Shown here piece after piece: positions 1-34,275 of a DNA stretch of 64,000 bases. Location: the NCBI RefSeq assembly GCF_009914755.1, contig NC_060932.1; one strand, 5' to 3'. The position numbers and the translations under genes are program-made. The notes below the pieces were generated by a model that searched no databases, was not told the DNA's origin, and saw only the letters and a list, made by a program, of their open reading frames with translations. Numbering within the stretch: position 1 is the stretch's first letter; each line of letters opens with the position of its first letter. This stretch comes from the human T2T-CHM13v2.0 reference genome, Homo sapiens.

Positions 1-235
1 ATCCAGTTTCCCCTATTATTAACATCTTCGATTAGCATGATACATTTGTTAAAATTAATGAATAATATTGATACATTATTAACTAAAATCTATACTTTCT
101 TCAGATTTCCTTAATTTTTACCTAATGTCCTTTTCTTATTCCAGAATTCCATCCAGAATACCACATTACATTTAATTGCCTTGTCTCCTTAGGCTCCTCT
201 TGGCTGTGACAATTTCTGAAACTCTCCTTGTTTTT
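1..235 (-). mobile_element. Old L1 3'UTR fragment (L1MC/MD-like), left part, split by the PPIA retrocopy
   Basis: Resembles recalled mammalian L1 3' region (ccacattacatttaattgcc...ggctcctcttggctgtgaca...ccttgttttt); continues after 1300. Confidence 0.6.
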
Positions 236-265
236 TATTTTTGTTTGTTTGTTTTATTTAGGTTT

Positions 266-559
266 CTTTTTTTAAGACAGAGTCTCACTCTGTTGCCCAG
301 GCTGCAATGCAGTGGCGTGATCTCAGCTTACTGGAATCTCTGGCTGCCTCCCAAGTTCAAATGATTCTCCTGCCTCAGCCTCCTGAGTAGCTGGGATTAC
401 AAGCGCCCACCACCACGCCCAGCTAATTTTTATATTTTTAGAAGAGACAAGGTTTCACCATGTTGGCCAGGCTCGTCTCAAACTCCTGACTTCTAGTGAT
501 CTGCCGACCTCAGCCTCCCAAAGTGCTGGGATTACAGGCATGAGCCACCATGCCCAGCC
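266..559 (-). mobile_element. AluS inserted at the 3' end of the PPIA retrocopy
   Basis: Full antisense Alu; degenerate TSD ttttatttaggttt (252-265) / ttttacttagtttt (561-574). Confidence 0.9.
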
Positions 560-560
560 C

Positions 561-1298
561 TTTTACTTAGTTTTTATTTTATAATCTTAACTCTGCAATT
601 CAGCTAGATGTAAAAGGAAATAAGGAAAATATAGAACCCAAAGAGCTGCCGTGAGAGCACAAAGATTATAGAAGGCTGCAAACAAATGCAGTAGTGCGGT
701 GCTCTCCTGAGCTACAGAAGGAAAGGCCTGGTAGTTAAGATAAAACACAAGTCAAATTTATTAGAATGATCCACAGTCAGCAATGGTGATCTTCTTGCTG
801 GTCTTGCCATTCCTGTACCCGAAGCACTCCATGGCTTCCATGATATTCATGCCTTCTTTCACCTTGCCAAAGACCACATGCTTGCCATCCAACCAGTCAA
901 TCTTGCAGTGCAGATGAAAAACTGGGAACTGCTTGTGTTGGGTCCAGCATTTGCCATGGACAAGATGCCAGAACCCGTATGCTTCAGAATGAAGTTCTCA
1001 CCTTCAAATTTCTCCTTGTAGATAGACTTGCCACCAGTGCTATTGTGGCTTGTGAAGTTCATACATACCCTGACACAGAACCCCTGGAATAATTCTGTAA
1101 AAGCAGAAACCCTGATAACCAAATTCTTTCTCTTCAGTGCTCAGAGCATGGATATTTTCTGCTGTCTTTGGAACTTCGCAAACAACTCAAAGGAGATGCA
1201 GCTCAAAGTCTCGCCGTCAATGGCGATGTCAAAGACCATGGTGGGGTTGACTGTGACTTGTGGCATAGGGCTCTGGGTGGCCCCAGCATCTGCAAAGC
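561..1298 (-). pseudogene. Processed pseudogene of PPIA (cyclophilin A)
   Basis: Minus-strand translation gives [47 protein letters not shown] and [14 protein letters not shown]; intronless. CDS about 1254-758, with the start decayed to ACA and several frameshifts relative to recalled PPIA. 3'UTR with AATAAA; TSD cttgttttt at about 227-235 and 1302-1310. Confidence 0.95.
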
Positions 1299-1299
1299 A

Positions 1300-2185
<886 letters not shown>

Positions 2186-2507
2186 TCATAATTGTATATT
2201 CAAGGCTCTGAGAAGTCCTGTTATAAGGAAACACTCTTATTATTGCTTAATCTGGAGTTCCTCAGACCACAAAACTTTTTTTGGTTGCCACAAAATATCT
2301 ATTAACATATTTTAGAACTAGTGTTCTGAAGAACATAGTTGGGAAATGTGGATTCGCTCATTTTCTAGATAAAGGAACTTGCATTAAGTGAGTTAAGTGA
2401 TTTGTGCCAAGTTACAGGACTACTTAGTAACACAACTGGGTCTAAAACCCAGGTTTCCTAAATTCCTGATGGTCCAGTATTTTTGCATCATACCATGTCG
2501 TCACCTA

Positions 2508-4443
<1,936 letters not shown>

Positions 4444-4444
4444 G

Positions 4445-4560
4445 GCTGAGGTGTCAGGATCCCTTGAGCCTGGGAGGTCAAGGCTGCAGTAAGCCATGAT
4501 CATGCCACTGCACTCCAACCTGGGTGACAGAGTGAGATCCTGTCTCAAAAACAACAAAAA
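4445..4560 (+). mobile_element. AluJ-like, 3' part, resuming after TUBBP1
   Basis: Right arm continues exactly from the duplicated 11-mer. Confidence 0.9.
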
Positions 4561-4619
4561 ACCCCACAATTTTCTTATAAAATATATATATATATATATG
4601 TTTATGACATGTTGTGTGT

Positions 4620-4975
4620 TTGGCATAAAACATTATTAAGATAAGCACCTATGTATCATCACCCAGCTTAAGAAGGAGAATATTATCAGAAACTTGGAAG
4701 CACCTTGTAGGCCCCTCCCCAATTACACCACCCTGTGTTTATCATTGTGTTTATCATGCCTTTGCTTTTCTTTATAGTTTAACTACATATACAGATCCCT
4801 AAAATGCATTATTCTATTTTACACATTTTGAACCTTTAATTAATGGTATTACTATAGTATTCTTCTGCAACCTGCAAAACTTTTGCTCATTAATTTTGTG
4901 AGATTCATGCGTGTTACTAAGTATAGCTGTAACTCATTCATTGCTACACAGACTATCATTAGGGGAATACATCAC
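4620..4975 (-). mobile_element. Old L1 (L1M) 3' fragment; further pieces at about 5750-6180 and 7200-7670
   Basis: Degenerate L1 3'UTR motifs (ttttgtgagattcatgcgtgtt...gtatagctgtaactcattcatt). Confidence 0.55.
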
Positions 4976-4977
4976 AA

Positions 4978-5274
<297 letters not shown>

Positions 5275-5330
5275 TCATCACAATTTATTTATTCATTCTT
5301 CTGTCAATTGATCTTTGAGTTGTTTCTTTC

Positions 5331-5726
5331 TGTTTTAGTCCATTGCTGTAACAAAATACCTGAGACTGAGTAATTTATAAAGAACAGAATTTTTTTTCTC
5401 ACAGTCTGGAGGCTGTGAACTCTAGATCAAGGTGCGAGGAGGATCCTTGTCTGGTGAGAGCTGCCCTCTGCTTCCAAGATGGTACCTTGATGCTACATTT
5501 TCTGAAAGGAGGAACACTGGGTCCTCACATGGTTGAAGGAAGGAGAGAAGGGTGAAAATGGCTGAACTCCCACCATCAATTCCTTTCATAATGGCATCAA
5601 TCTACTCATGATGGCAGAGCCCACATGACCCACATATCTCTCAAAAGACCTCACCTCCCAGCACTGTTGCATTGGGTATTAAGTTTCCAACACATGAGTT
5701 TGTGAGGACATATTCAGACTATAGCA
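5331..5726 (-). mobile_element. MaLR solo LTR (MST-type)
   Basis: tgttttagtccattgctgtaacaaaatacctgagactg...attcagactatagca, TG...CA ends. Confidence 0.8.
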
Positions 5727-6187
5727 CCTTCTCTTTTTCTTTTGGTTTATTATAAACCATGTCTGAAGTGTTTTACATGCACAGACATCTATAAGCACAC
5801 CTGCTAGTGTTTGTGTAGGTTATAACCTCAGAGAAATTGCTGAGTTATAGCACCCATCTTCAGTTTTATTAGAGAATATGAAATTGTCATTCAATTTACA
5901 ATTGACATTGTCACCAGCAGTTTATAAGTCTTTCCATTGTTCTATACTTAGCAACATTATCTTGCCAGACATTCTTTAAAAACTTTATATTATGGAAATT
6001 TTCACACATGTACAAGAATTATATTATAAACTATCCCCTGGCTTCAACATTTACCAACTCATGGCCAATCTACCATGGGCTATTTTGGAATATTCAAAAG
6101 CTAATCTCAGATATCTGAGATTACTTCATCTGCAAACATTTCATAATGCATCCCTAAAAAATAAGGACTCTGCCTTTTAAAATTTGA

Positions 6188-8329
<2,142 letters not shown>

Positions 8330-8477
8330 TCTCTTCTTACTAATTTTTAAGAATTATTCACATATTTTGGATATGTATTATTTGTTGGTTGTAAATATCT
8401 TCTTCCAGTTTGTGGCATTCAACTTTTGGCCTCTAAGGTTTTCCCTTACTTTGTTACCAGTTTGGATATACATTTTA

Positions 8478-9523
<1,046 letters not shown>

Positions 9524-10255
9524 CTAACTGATTGAGAAATTAGGCTATAACAATAGGAGCTTCCTGGTCAATGAAACCAGTTTGTTCTAAAGGAAGAGCT
9601 TCTGGAGCTCATCCACCAGCAAACCTGTTCTTCTGCTGAGCAAACACAGACGTGCTGAGGCAGCCTCTTGCTAAGTGTGGGAGACAAAATGAGCCTCCAG
9701 TGCCATCTGGATTTGTGTCTCATTGTATCTGAGGTGTTTCGTAATGGGATCTTTTTTTCGGGCTATCTAGCCTGCCATTTTACCAGAAATGGAAGTTCTC
9801 TAAAGAATGTTTTAAGGTCAACAGAGTGCTCAACATTAGACTGTGCATAGAATAACATAAGCCAAGCTACACATTGCTGCTACATCAATCTTCTTGACAT
9901 TTTCACCTAGTTCATGTTAGTCTCTGGCTGAAAAGCTTTCAGTCATACCTCAGTTCCTACCTATTCATGTCCTCAGCTAAACACTCAAGGCATTCTGCAA
10001 TCTTGTCCCAATCTGGTTCTCCAATTTCACCTTTATACAAATTTCCACCCTACTAAATTGAACTTTTTCATGTCTTTTAAAAGCACCAAGAAATGCTACT
10101 GCCTTCCCTCTTCCTTCCAATTACCCAAGCCAGAAGTCTCCTCTATGACCCGAGGCCCCTCTAAAACCCGAGACAAATTCTCCCTTCTCTCTGAAGTGTC
10201 CTCTGACCATTCCTGTCCCTTGTGAACAATTTGATTGTGGAGCAGCAACAATGAC

Positions 10256-10569
10256 TTTTTTTTTTTTTTTTTTTTTTTTTTGAAACAGGGTCTTGCTCTG
10301 TGGCCCAGGCTGGAGTGCAATGGTGTGGTGCAATCTCAGCTCACTACAACCTCTGCATCCCCAGCTCAGGTGATCCTCCTGCCTCAGCTTCCCAAGTAGC
10401 TGTGACTACAGGCATGCACCACCACACCCGGCTAATTTTTGTATTTTTAGTAGAGATGGGGTTTCACCATGTTGGCCAGGCTGGTCTTGAACTCCTGGAC
10501 TCAAGTGATCCGCCTGCCTCGGCCTCCCAAAGTGCTGGGATTACAGGCCTGAGGCACCACGCCCAACCA
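10256..10569 (-). mobile_element. Alu
   Basis: Antisense Alu with long poly(T). Confidence 0.9.
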
Positions 10570-10599
10570 ATGATGACTTTTGACAGTTAGTCCTTACCA

Positions 10600-11450
10600 A
10601 ATTCAGATGTGCTCCCCACATTTCTCAGCATGCTTTGCAGTTGGGTTGGGGCTGTGAGACTAGTTCTAGCCAGAAGACCACAAAGAAGTGACATGTGGCA
10701 CTTCTGGGCCCAAGGCACTTAAGAGTTAATATTTTTCCTCCGCTTTATTTCACTACTGTGGCAACTGCATGTTCTAGATGGCATTGCTACAATATTGAGT
10801 AGAACCATCCTGCCCATGTTGAACATTATGTGAATGAGAAACCATGGAACTTGAGAATTGATTAATGTCTGCAGCATTGACTAACCTATCCTTCTTAGTG
10901 CAGATCTTTCATTTGAACAATATAAAATATTAATATATTATGTCTTGACTCTCACATTATTTTTTCTTTCTCTTACTGATTATTTTTGCCTGCCAAACAT
11001 CACCACCCCATCCTCTGAAAAAATACCCCTTATTCCAGAGGCATGATCTTGTGGGATTGGTTATGTTCTTATACCCCACGGTTGACCAGTCCAGGGATCT
11101 GACCAAAGCCAGGCCAGTGAACTCCTCCCCATGATTTTTGACTTGGAACCAAGAGAGTCAACTCAGACTTTTCTAGTAATTTGGAGCTCTAGGATATAAT
11201 GCCAGCAGCAGCCAGCACCTATGGCCTGACCTGTGGAGAAAGCAGGTCTGCAAGTGGATTGAGTTGACACAAGGCTGCAGAGACACTTAAGACCCTACTT
11301 CGGATTGTTTCTGAGGCCTACACATGTCTTAAATCTTCATCTTAATATACCAAACCTTTCTTGGACTTCTAGAGGCAATAAAGCCCAGCTTGAGTCAGGT
11401 GCCCTGGACTGTCTGTTACCCACAGTCTGTCACCTGCAACCTAGCAAGTC
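10600..11450 (+). mobile_element. Degenerate MLT1-type MaLR LTR fragments
   Basis: gtgagactagttctagcca...gaagtgacatgtggcacttctgggcc motif. Confidence 0.55.
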
Positions 11451-11881
11451 CAGCTGACATCTGCCTACTCTTTCTCCTGTAGAAGCATCCTCAAACCAGC
11501 AAGCCAGGAATGTGGAGAACCGTTTGTCTCTAAGGTTGTCCCCCAAGTGGTAATGCTCCTTAAGTCAATGAGATACCCTGGTCGGCAGTCATATATGTTC
11601 CTATCAGACATCTTCTGTCTCTCTGTAAAAAAGAGATACATGGGATTTGGCTCCATAGAACCAAAAAGAATGGTTTGGAAAACGAAAGGAGTAGGGACCC
11701 TGAAGGCACAAAACCAGCCATGCAGAGGAAACACAACAGCAGGCTGGTTATGTGGTATTAATGGGTTCGATGAGACTGTCTTGAGAACTAATCAGTAGGA
11801 CATCAAGGTTCATACAATTCTCAAGTCCTACTTCAACAGGAGAGGGCTTTCTTTTAAATGCTTTATAATCAATGAAAACAT

Positions 11882-12255
11882 TGCAGCAGATGCTATTGAT
11901 ACCCATGAAGATCCCTTCAGCCCACCCTGGAGATCTCCTGAAACACCCGAGTCTCCTTCCCTGAGGGATTTCTCTGGCTGCAGAGGAGTACCAGGGAGTG
12001 GAAACCCCCAAGAGCAACTTTAATTCATGAGGGATGGGAATTGGTGGATAAACATATCAGTGTTCTCTCCCTTTGGTAGGACAGGACAATTCTGAGGTGT
12101 GTTTTAGAGTCTCAGAAAGACCCCCATTGGAATGAGCAGTTTCCTCTCTTCCCTGCACTTCTCCACTTCCTCACCATACTAACCATTGATTAATAAACTA
12201 CTTTCACCCAAATTCTCATCTCAGGAACTGTTTCAGGGAAACTCAAACGAACACA
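11882..12255 (+). mobile_element. ERVL solo LTR (LTR16-like)
   Basis: Starts tgcagcagatgct, ends aataaactactttcacccaaattctcatctcagg...gggaaactcaaacgaacaca. Confidence 0.7.
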
Positions 12256-12269
12256 TGGTAATGGTGATG

Positions 12270-13280
12270 ATGGCATAATTTACATGCAGTAACAGTCACC
12301 TTTTTTAGAGTACAGTTCTATGAGTTTTGATTAGCAGTTGTGTAAATACCACCACCTATCTATCTATCACCCCCCCACCAAAATTCCTTGGTATCCTCCT
12401 TGGTATTCAGCCCCTCCACCTTCACTACTATCCCCTCATAACCACTGATCTTTATTCCAGGGTATCATGTAAACAGAATCGTTCACTATGTTGCCTCTTA
12501 GTTTTTTTTGAGTCTGGCACCTTCCACTTACCAAAATGCATTAGAGTCTCATCCATGTTGATATAGCCAGTCAGTCTATGAGCACTTCCTTATCTGGTAC
12601 AACAAGACGTTGCAAACTCATCTTGTGCTTTCCATGCCCCAGACCTGGAACCAGCCATTTCTACAAAGAGCCCTTTTAGTGGAGAATGGTACTTAGATAC
12701 CAAGATCTGGGCATTAGGCATGCTCATTGTTATGGAGCCTCATAGTGGAAGAGCTAGGGAATATATAAATCACACACACCCCACACCCCAAGCATATCAG
12801 TATTTTATTGCATGGATATGCCATGTACTACATGTATTCATTCACCAGATGGAAGACATGATGGTTGTTTCCAGTCTTTGGAGGTTATACATAAGGTTAT
12901 TACAAACATTCCATACAGGTTTTTGTGTGAATAATGATAAGTTTTTATTTCACTTGGGTAAATACCCAGAAGTGGGATTGCTTGGTCAAATGACACATTT
13001 ATAAGACATTGTCAAGCTGCTTTCCAAAAAGCAATGTAAGAGTGTTCCAGTTGTCCCACATTCTTATCAGTCCTTGGTATTTGTTTTTTAAATTTTAGCC
13101 ATTCTGACAAGTGTGTAGTGTTATCTATTGTGGTTTTAATTAGCATCTCCCCAATGATGAATTATGTTGATCATTTTTTCATGTGTTTAATTGCTACTCA
13201 TATATCTTCTTTGCTGAAGTATCTGTCAAATCTTAAGCCCATCTTGAAATCAAGTTGTTCTCTTATTACTGAGTTTTGAG
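12270..13280 (-). mobile_element. L1M 3' fragments
   Basis: ttttagccattctgacaagtgtgtagtgttatctattgtggttttaattagcatctcc motif. Confidence 0.75.
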
Positions 13281-13637
13281 CATTCTCAAAACATTCTTCA
13301 ATTTCAAAATGAAAACTATTTTTTTTCTGACTAGAAATGTAGTGTATTCTAATTTTTAAAAATCGGGGAGCAGATGAAAAGCTAAATAAAGTGAAAACAA
13401 ATTAGAGAACTTTACCACCAAGAGGTAGAGACCCATCAAAGGTGGTTCATTTTACTGACGATGCTAAGAACCTTTCCAATATTACTCACACTGCTTCCAG
13501 CCCTCTGCTATAGGTGGGGTTTCCTCCTACACATAGGACCTCCAAGCTGGTGTGGCCCATGTGATCTGAGGGACAGACACAGACCCACTGCCAAGTTCCA
13601 TTAGCATGGCCAAGCCTCTGCTTCAAGATGAGGATGT

Positions 13638-13920
<283 letters not shown>

Positions 13921-14050
13921 GAGTAGCTTTGCCATCAGACACTATTAACCTCATTTTGGGACAAACTAATATTTTGTACTACCTAAGGGGAATGCAGGCA
14001 GAAAAGCTCTCACCATGACTGTGATATCCTCACCAAAAATGCATAGCCTT

Positions 14051-14556
<506 letters not shown>

Positions 14557-15453
14557 CTACAAAATCACTGAGCAATTATTCTGGATGGAAGGAAACCACA
14601 GAGACGCAACAACTAAGTACAATGTGTGGCCCTGGATTAGATCCTTTTGCTATTAAGGACAGCACCAAGATAGCAAAACTTGATGTTGTCTCTGGACAAA
14701 CAGGAAATGGGAGTTCCCTGAACTATTCTTGCGATTTTTCTGTAAATTTGAAATTATTTCAAACTAAAAAGTAAAAAGAAACAAAATACAGGCAGAGGAA
14801 AACCAGAAGAGTGCTTGATTTATAGTCAGATGCAGAAATAGGACAGAATGCTTAATCTCTTCCTTGTGGCAGAAGGATGAAAGAAACGTCTTTAAACTAA
14901 AGTAGAAAAAGAAGGCAACCATGGCTGTGAAATATCAGTATTTCTTTTACAGGCCTTTAATGAAAAATATTTCAGGAAGTAAAATTTTTATTAATTAGCA
15001 AAAATATAACAGAAATAGATCAATCAGGAAAGGAGGCAGGTCTACTAAGGTCAGTGTGATTATTGCCACCATCTCATAAACAACTATAGGTGGAAAGCAA
15101 GAGTTTAAAGTGGATGAAATCACTTGCAGTTCAAACTCTAATAAAAGTATAGCACTGTGGGCCCAGAGCCAGAGGGTATTATTAGAATGGGTTTTAGTAC
15201 CTATATTTATCCATATGGCACTTTTTTTTCTTAAGAATCATCCTCAACCTTTTCAAATAAAAGATATGCTTTTTAATAGGAACTCTGTGTCTCATCATAA
15301 AGATAGAAGAAACTATGTCATGCCCTTAGCTGAGTTAATCTGGAGAGAAACAGACTCTATTTTATAATTGCACAGTATACTATAGAGACATTGCTTATGG
15401 TAAGTTTATTTCATGTGGTGAGTCATGTGCAAACATATCAGTCAAGGAGCTTA

Positions 15454-16138
<685 letters not shown>

Positions 16139-16511
16139 TACTTCTGTTGAAAATAACAGGCGTACTCTCTCATATGGTCTTGATAGCAGCTCAGAGAGGA
16201 GGTAAGAGCCATAGTCACTAGTTCAATTTTACAAATAAGGAAACCACATCTAAGCAAGGTGAAATGCCCTTCCCAAAGATGATACAAGTGGCAGAGCTTA
16301 GACTCCACATGAATATCTTATCTCTAAATTCCCTGCAATTTCCCTGACTCCAGGCTCACTCAAAAGAACCATGAACTAACATTAATCTGTAACTCCATGA
16401 TCTCAAACCATTGTTCATATCTTATCATGTATGGCACAAAAACTCATTCATTCAATAATCGCTAGCATAAAGTACTCATATGTAACTTGTTTCTAAAACA
16501 TTTAACTTTCA

Positions 16512-17456
<945 letters not shown>

Positions 17457-18167
17457 GTTTGTTATTAATTATGTTACATGAGCTGAAGCACAAACCTTCT
17501 TCCATAATCTCCAAATACGTACTCCACAACTTTTGTTGACTAGCTGCTGTTGAGTTTAGACTGACATTCAGGATGCAAGGAAAACTGGTAAAATCAGACC
17601 AAGTTATAGCGCAGAATGTGTGACAGCAAGTCTGATTATCTCTGGTCAGCTAGAAGTCCAAATCAGCACTCATAAAATAAGTTCCAGACGGCTTCAGAAC
17701 AAATAATGCATTTTCAAAAAACATTTTCTAGGATGCTTAACTGATGTGGCCATCAAACTTGAAAGAAATTTAGCAGATTTGCATCATGGTTTGAAAAAAA
17801 AGGATCATCTAGCCAAGTCAGCCTGCCACGGTTTTCACATGTTTTTAATATGGCACAAGTAGACATAATGGGTGTGTCAGATGTGACTATGTCACTTTTT
17901 GGTCTTTAAAAGTGAACGATGTGGATTGGAGACTTATTTATTTAAAAGCTATTCATTCTACAAACATTTACCAATAAAGTGTTAGGCAAGGCACACAATC
18001 TAAGTGACTGTATCATTATTTATGTTAATAGTGGAAATTAAGTAAGTCTTGGTTAACATACCAGTGGCAATACCAAGCATATCTGAGCATCCTTGTAACC
18101 CAAAATATTAGTTGTTTTAGGACATTTTTAAAAATCAAGTCAGGCACTTTCTAAAGTATTTAGGGCA

Positions 18168-18700
18168 GGCTGGGTGCTGGGGTTCATGCCTGTAATTCTA
18201 GCACTTTGGGAGGCTGAGGCAAGTGAATCACTTGAGGTCAGGAGTTTGAGACCAGCCTGGCCAGTATGGTGAAACCTGTCTCTACTGAAAATACAAAAAT
18301 TAGATGGGAGGCCAAGGTGGGCGGATCACCTGAGGTGAGGAGTTCAAGACCAGCCTGGCCAACATGGTGAAACCCCATCTCCATTAAAAATACAAAAATT
18401 AGCTGGATGTGGTGGCGCGTGCCTGTGGTCGCAGATGCTCAGGGGGCTGAGGCAGGAGAATTGGTTGAAGCCAGGAGGCAGAAGTTGTAGTGAACCGAGA
18501 TCACGCCACTGCACTCCAGCCTGGGCGACAGAGTGAGACTCCATCACAAAAAAAAAAAAAAAAAAAAAAAAAAGGAACCAGGCATGGTGGCTCATGCCTG
18601 TAATTCCAGCTACTCAGGAGGCCGAAGTGGAAAGATTGCTTGCATCCAGGAGTTCAAGACCAACCTGGGCAACATAGCAAGACCTCTTCTCTAAAAAAAA
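18168..18700 (+). mobile_element. Alu cluster: left arm, 5'-truncated full Alu, monomer
   Basis: Left arm restarts at gggaggccaagg near 18307; poly(A) about 18548-18573; monomer follows. Confidence 0.85.
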
Positions 18701-19292
18701 TTTTTTTTTTTCAAAAGGTGGGAGAACTAGGTGAAAAAGTGGTGGTTGAGAGTAGAGGAAGGAGGTGGTGGAGAGTAATGTGAAAGGAGGAAGAAGACCT
18801 GGAAGAATACAGAATTAAATATAAGCCTGATCACATCATTTGTTTGCTCAAAACTTTCCAAATGCAGAGAACAACATTGCTGGTTTCCTACCCCAAGGTT
18901 ATCACTCTTCCCTACAGATAGAAGTGCCTCCCACCACAGATAATGAACTATCAGATGCTCACCTTCCCAGCAGTCAGCGCAGCTTGGCCCCTGTGATCAG
19001 GTTCTGGCCAATGAGAGATGGAGAATTCTTGTAGAAGCTTCTGGAAAAAACTTTCCTCTTTAACAGAGACAAGGCCTATTTTTTCCAAGCCACTGAGCAT
19101 GATTGTGTGAGGGAACGATGCTTAGAATTGCCGCAGCTATTGTGAGACTATAAGGGAAGATATCACAGGACCAGAAAAAGAGGTATCATACAATTGAGAA
19201 TGGCAGAGTGAAAAGATGAAAAGGTGAACCAATCCAGGTACCACACTTCTCATTGTGTAAAATTTTTCAGAGTTCTGCTTGTTTAAGTCACT

Positions 19293-21286
<1,994 letters not shown>

Positions 21287-21299
21287 AGTTTGTTTTTTT

Positions 21300-21680
21300 T
21301 TTTATTCCACTTATAAATGGGATCATACAGTATTTGTCTTTCTGTGCCTGGCTTATTTCACTTCGCATAATGTCCTCCAGATTCATCAATGTTTTCACAA
21401 ATGACAGGATTTCCTTCTTTTTTAAGGTTGAATAGTATTCCATGGTGTATCTATACCACATTTTCTTCATCTATTCATCTATTGATAGATGGATCAAGAA
21501 AATGTGGTATAGATACACCATATCTTGGCTATTGTGAATAATGCTCAAATGAACGTGGAAGTAAGATATGTCATTGACATACTGACTTCATGTCCTTCGG
21601 ATATATGCTCAGTAGCAAGCCTGCTAGATCAGTACTATTGTTAATTTTTTGAGGAAGCTCCACACTGTTTGCCATAACAT
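21300..21680 (-). mobile_element. L1MA/MB 3' fragment containing an inverted duplication
   Basis: gtatttgtctttctgtgcctggcttatttcacttcgcataatgtcctccagattcatc; antisense translation KKMWYRYTMEYYSTLKKKEILSF is the L1 ORF2 C-terminus. Confidence 0.85.
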
Positions 21681-21818
21681 CCAGTCATTAGTTTTAAACC
21701 TTTACAGTCTGTGAATGTCCAATTAATATTTACAATGGTTACTCAAGAAAGGCACACATTTTAAAGTGGTTCACTTAGGGTGAAAATTACAGTAATGCTT
21801 ATGATTACTGGAAGCCTA

Positions 21819-21823
<5 letters not shown>

Positions 21824-21848
<25 letters not shown>
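21824..21848. repeat. (CA)n microsatellite
   Basis: Direct reading. Confidence 0.9.
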
Positions 21849-21849
<1 letters not shown>

Positions 21850-21979
21850 CTAATTTTCCAACTTTTCAGCCATTGATGTTTACCTCATTAGTCATGTTTC
21901 TTGTCTTTAAAATTTTTATATATTTATAGTTAAGCTGCTTTAATAAAACTTTACTCATATGAAGAGAAATAAACTTCTA

Positions 21980-23586
<1,607 letters not shown>

Positions 23587-23789
23587 CTTTCTTTCATTCT
23601 CTTTATCCTTGTTAGTTTATGCTTTAAAATAATGTTGATGACAACACATCTTTTCTGAATTGTTATTAGAGGTTTAGGGAGAGGGACGGAAATGCTTATG
23701 TTTAACCTGGCATCTTTAAACAATAAAATGTGACAGTCCATGTAGAGGTTATAGCACGGCCTCCTGTTCAGTGCCATTGTCCCTCCAAA

Positions 23790-27420
<3,631 letters not shown>

Positions 27421-27424
27421 AGGT

Positions 27425-29930
<2,506 letters not shown>

Positions 29931-30049
29931 GATCATGATCAGAGGGAAGCCAGTGAACCTCAGAATTCTTTAGGAGGTGAAAGTCAGGGGGCTGTTGCAC
30001 AACCATGTGAATACACTTAACACTACACTTAAAAATGGTTCAAATGGAA

Positions 30050-30715
<666 letters not shown>

Positions 30716-31235
30716 TTATGTGTCTTTTGCCACAATGATAAATTAATAAAAAAATCAGGGGAAGATGGAGAGGAGCTGGAGGTGAGCAGGCACGAGGTAA
30801 GGGAGAGAGAGGTGTCAAGGATGACAAAAACCAATAAAATACAGCCCCTCTGGCCTCAATAACTTCTTTGGCTCAGCCGAAGGGTTAATAGACAATCACA
30901 ACACACATGGTAGATACTGCAGCTTTCTGCTGCAAAGCTAACATAGGTACAAAGCCCATGCCATGCAAATCGCCTCAAAATAGACCTTTAATGTCTGCAG
31001 TTCCCAAAGGCAAACATTTAAGACATAATTATAGGTTTGGATTTCTTAAGGCAAGCCTCGAAATGAACACTGCCAGAGAAACAGCAGTGAGTAGTAAAAA
31101 ACTACAGGTGTATACAATATTACCCTTTCAAGGTAACCTCGAAGGTCAGGCAATACAGTAGGTAGAGTGTTAGGCTGGGGAGAAAGCGGACTTTTCTGGT
31201 CTTCAGCACAACTATTACAGGATTTAAAATCCCTT

Positions 31236-31267
31236 GGTTACAGCGAAATTCCGTCTCAAAAAAAAAA
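31236..31267 (+). mobile_element. Extremely 5'-truncated Alu (about 30 bp)
   Basis: agcgaaattccgtctc plus A run, flanked by aaaatccctt at 31226-31235 and 31264-31273. Confidence 0.75.
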
Positions 31268-31702
31268 TCCCTTTGTGGTCTTATAATTCTCAGGATGCCT
31301 GAGAACTATTGCTACTGAGGAGATATTACTTTGGAATCTTTCTTTAAAGTCATAAACAAGCTGTAATTATCATTTATACCCTGATTGAAGGTACATTTTC
31401 CTCCCCCACACAAATTCAAACTCTTTGCCTTCAATCACAAAGTTTTATAAATAGCAAAAGTCTGTTTACAGATTTTCCTTGAGTTTTATTGGTAATACAT
31501 TATTGCTCTTTCAAATAACTCTAAACTACTCTTCATGAAAAGGATAAAAAGCAGGAAATCTCCCTTTTCTTGACATATTATCCCAACCCCATATGTTTTT
31601 CTGAAAACACCCTGAATGTCACTCTCACCACTGACTATATAGTATAGCCATCCCTGCATCAGTGTCGATTTTATTGTCTGATATGTCAAATTCAATGGTG
31701 TG

Positions 31703-34275
<2,573 letters not shown>

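Noticed and set aside
17640-17910. Faint resemblance to CR1/L3 reverse-transcriptase sequence (catcatggtttgaaaaaaaagg...)
   Set aside because: Too degenerate to support without an HMM search
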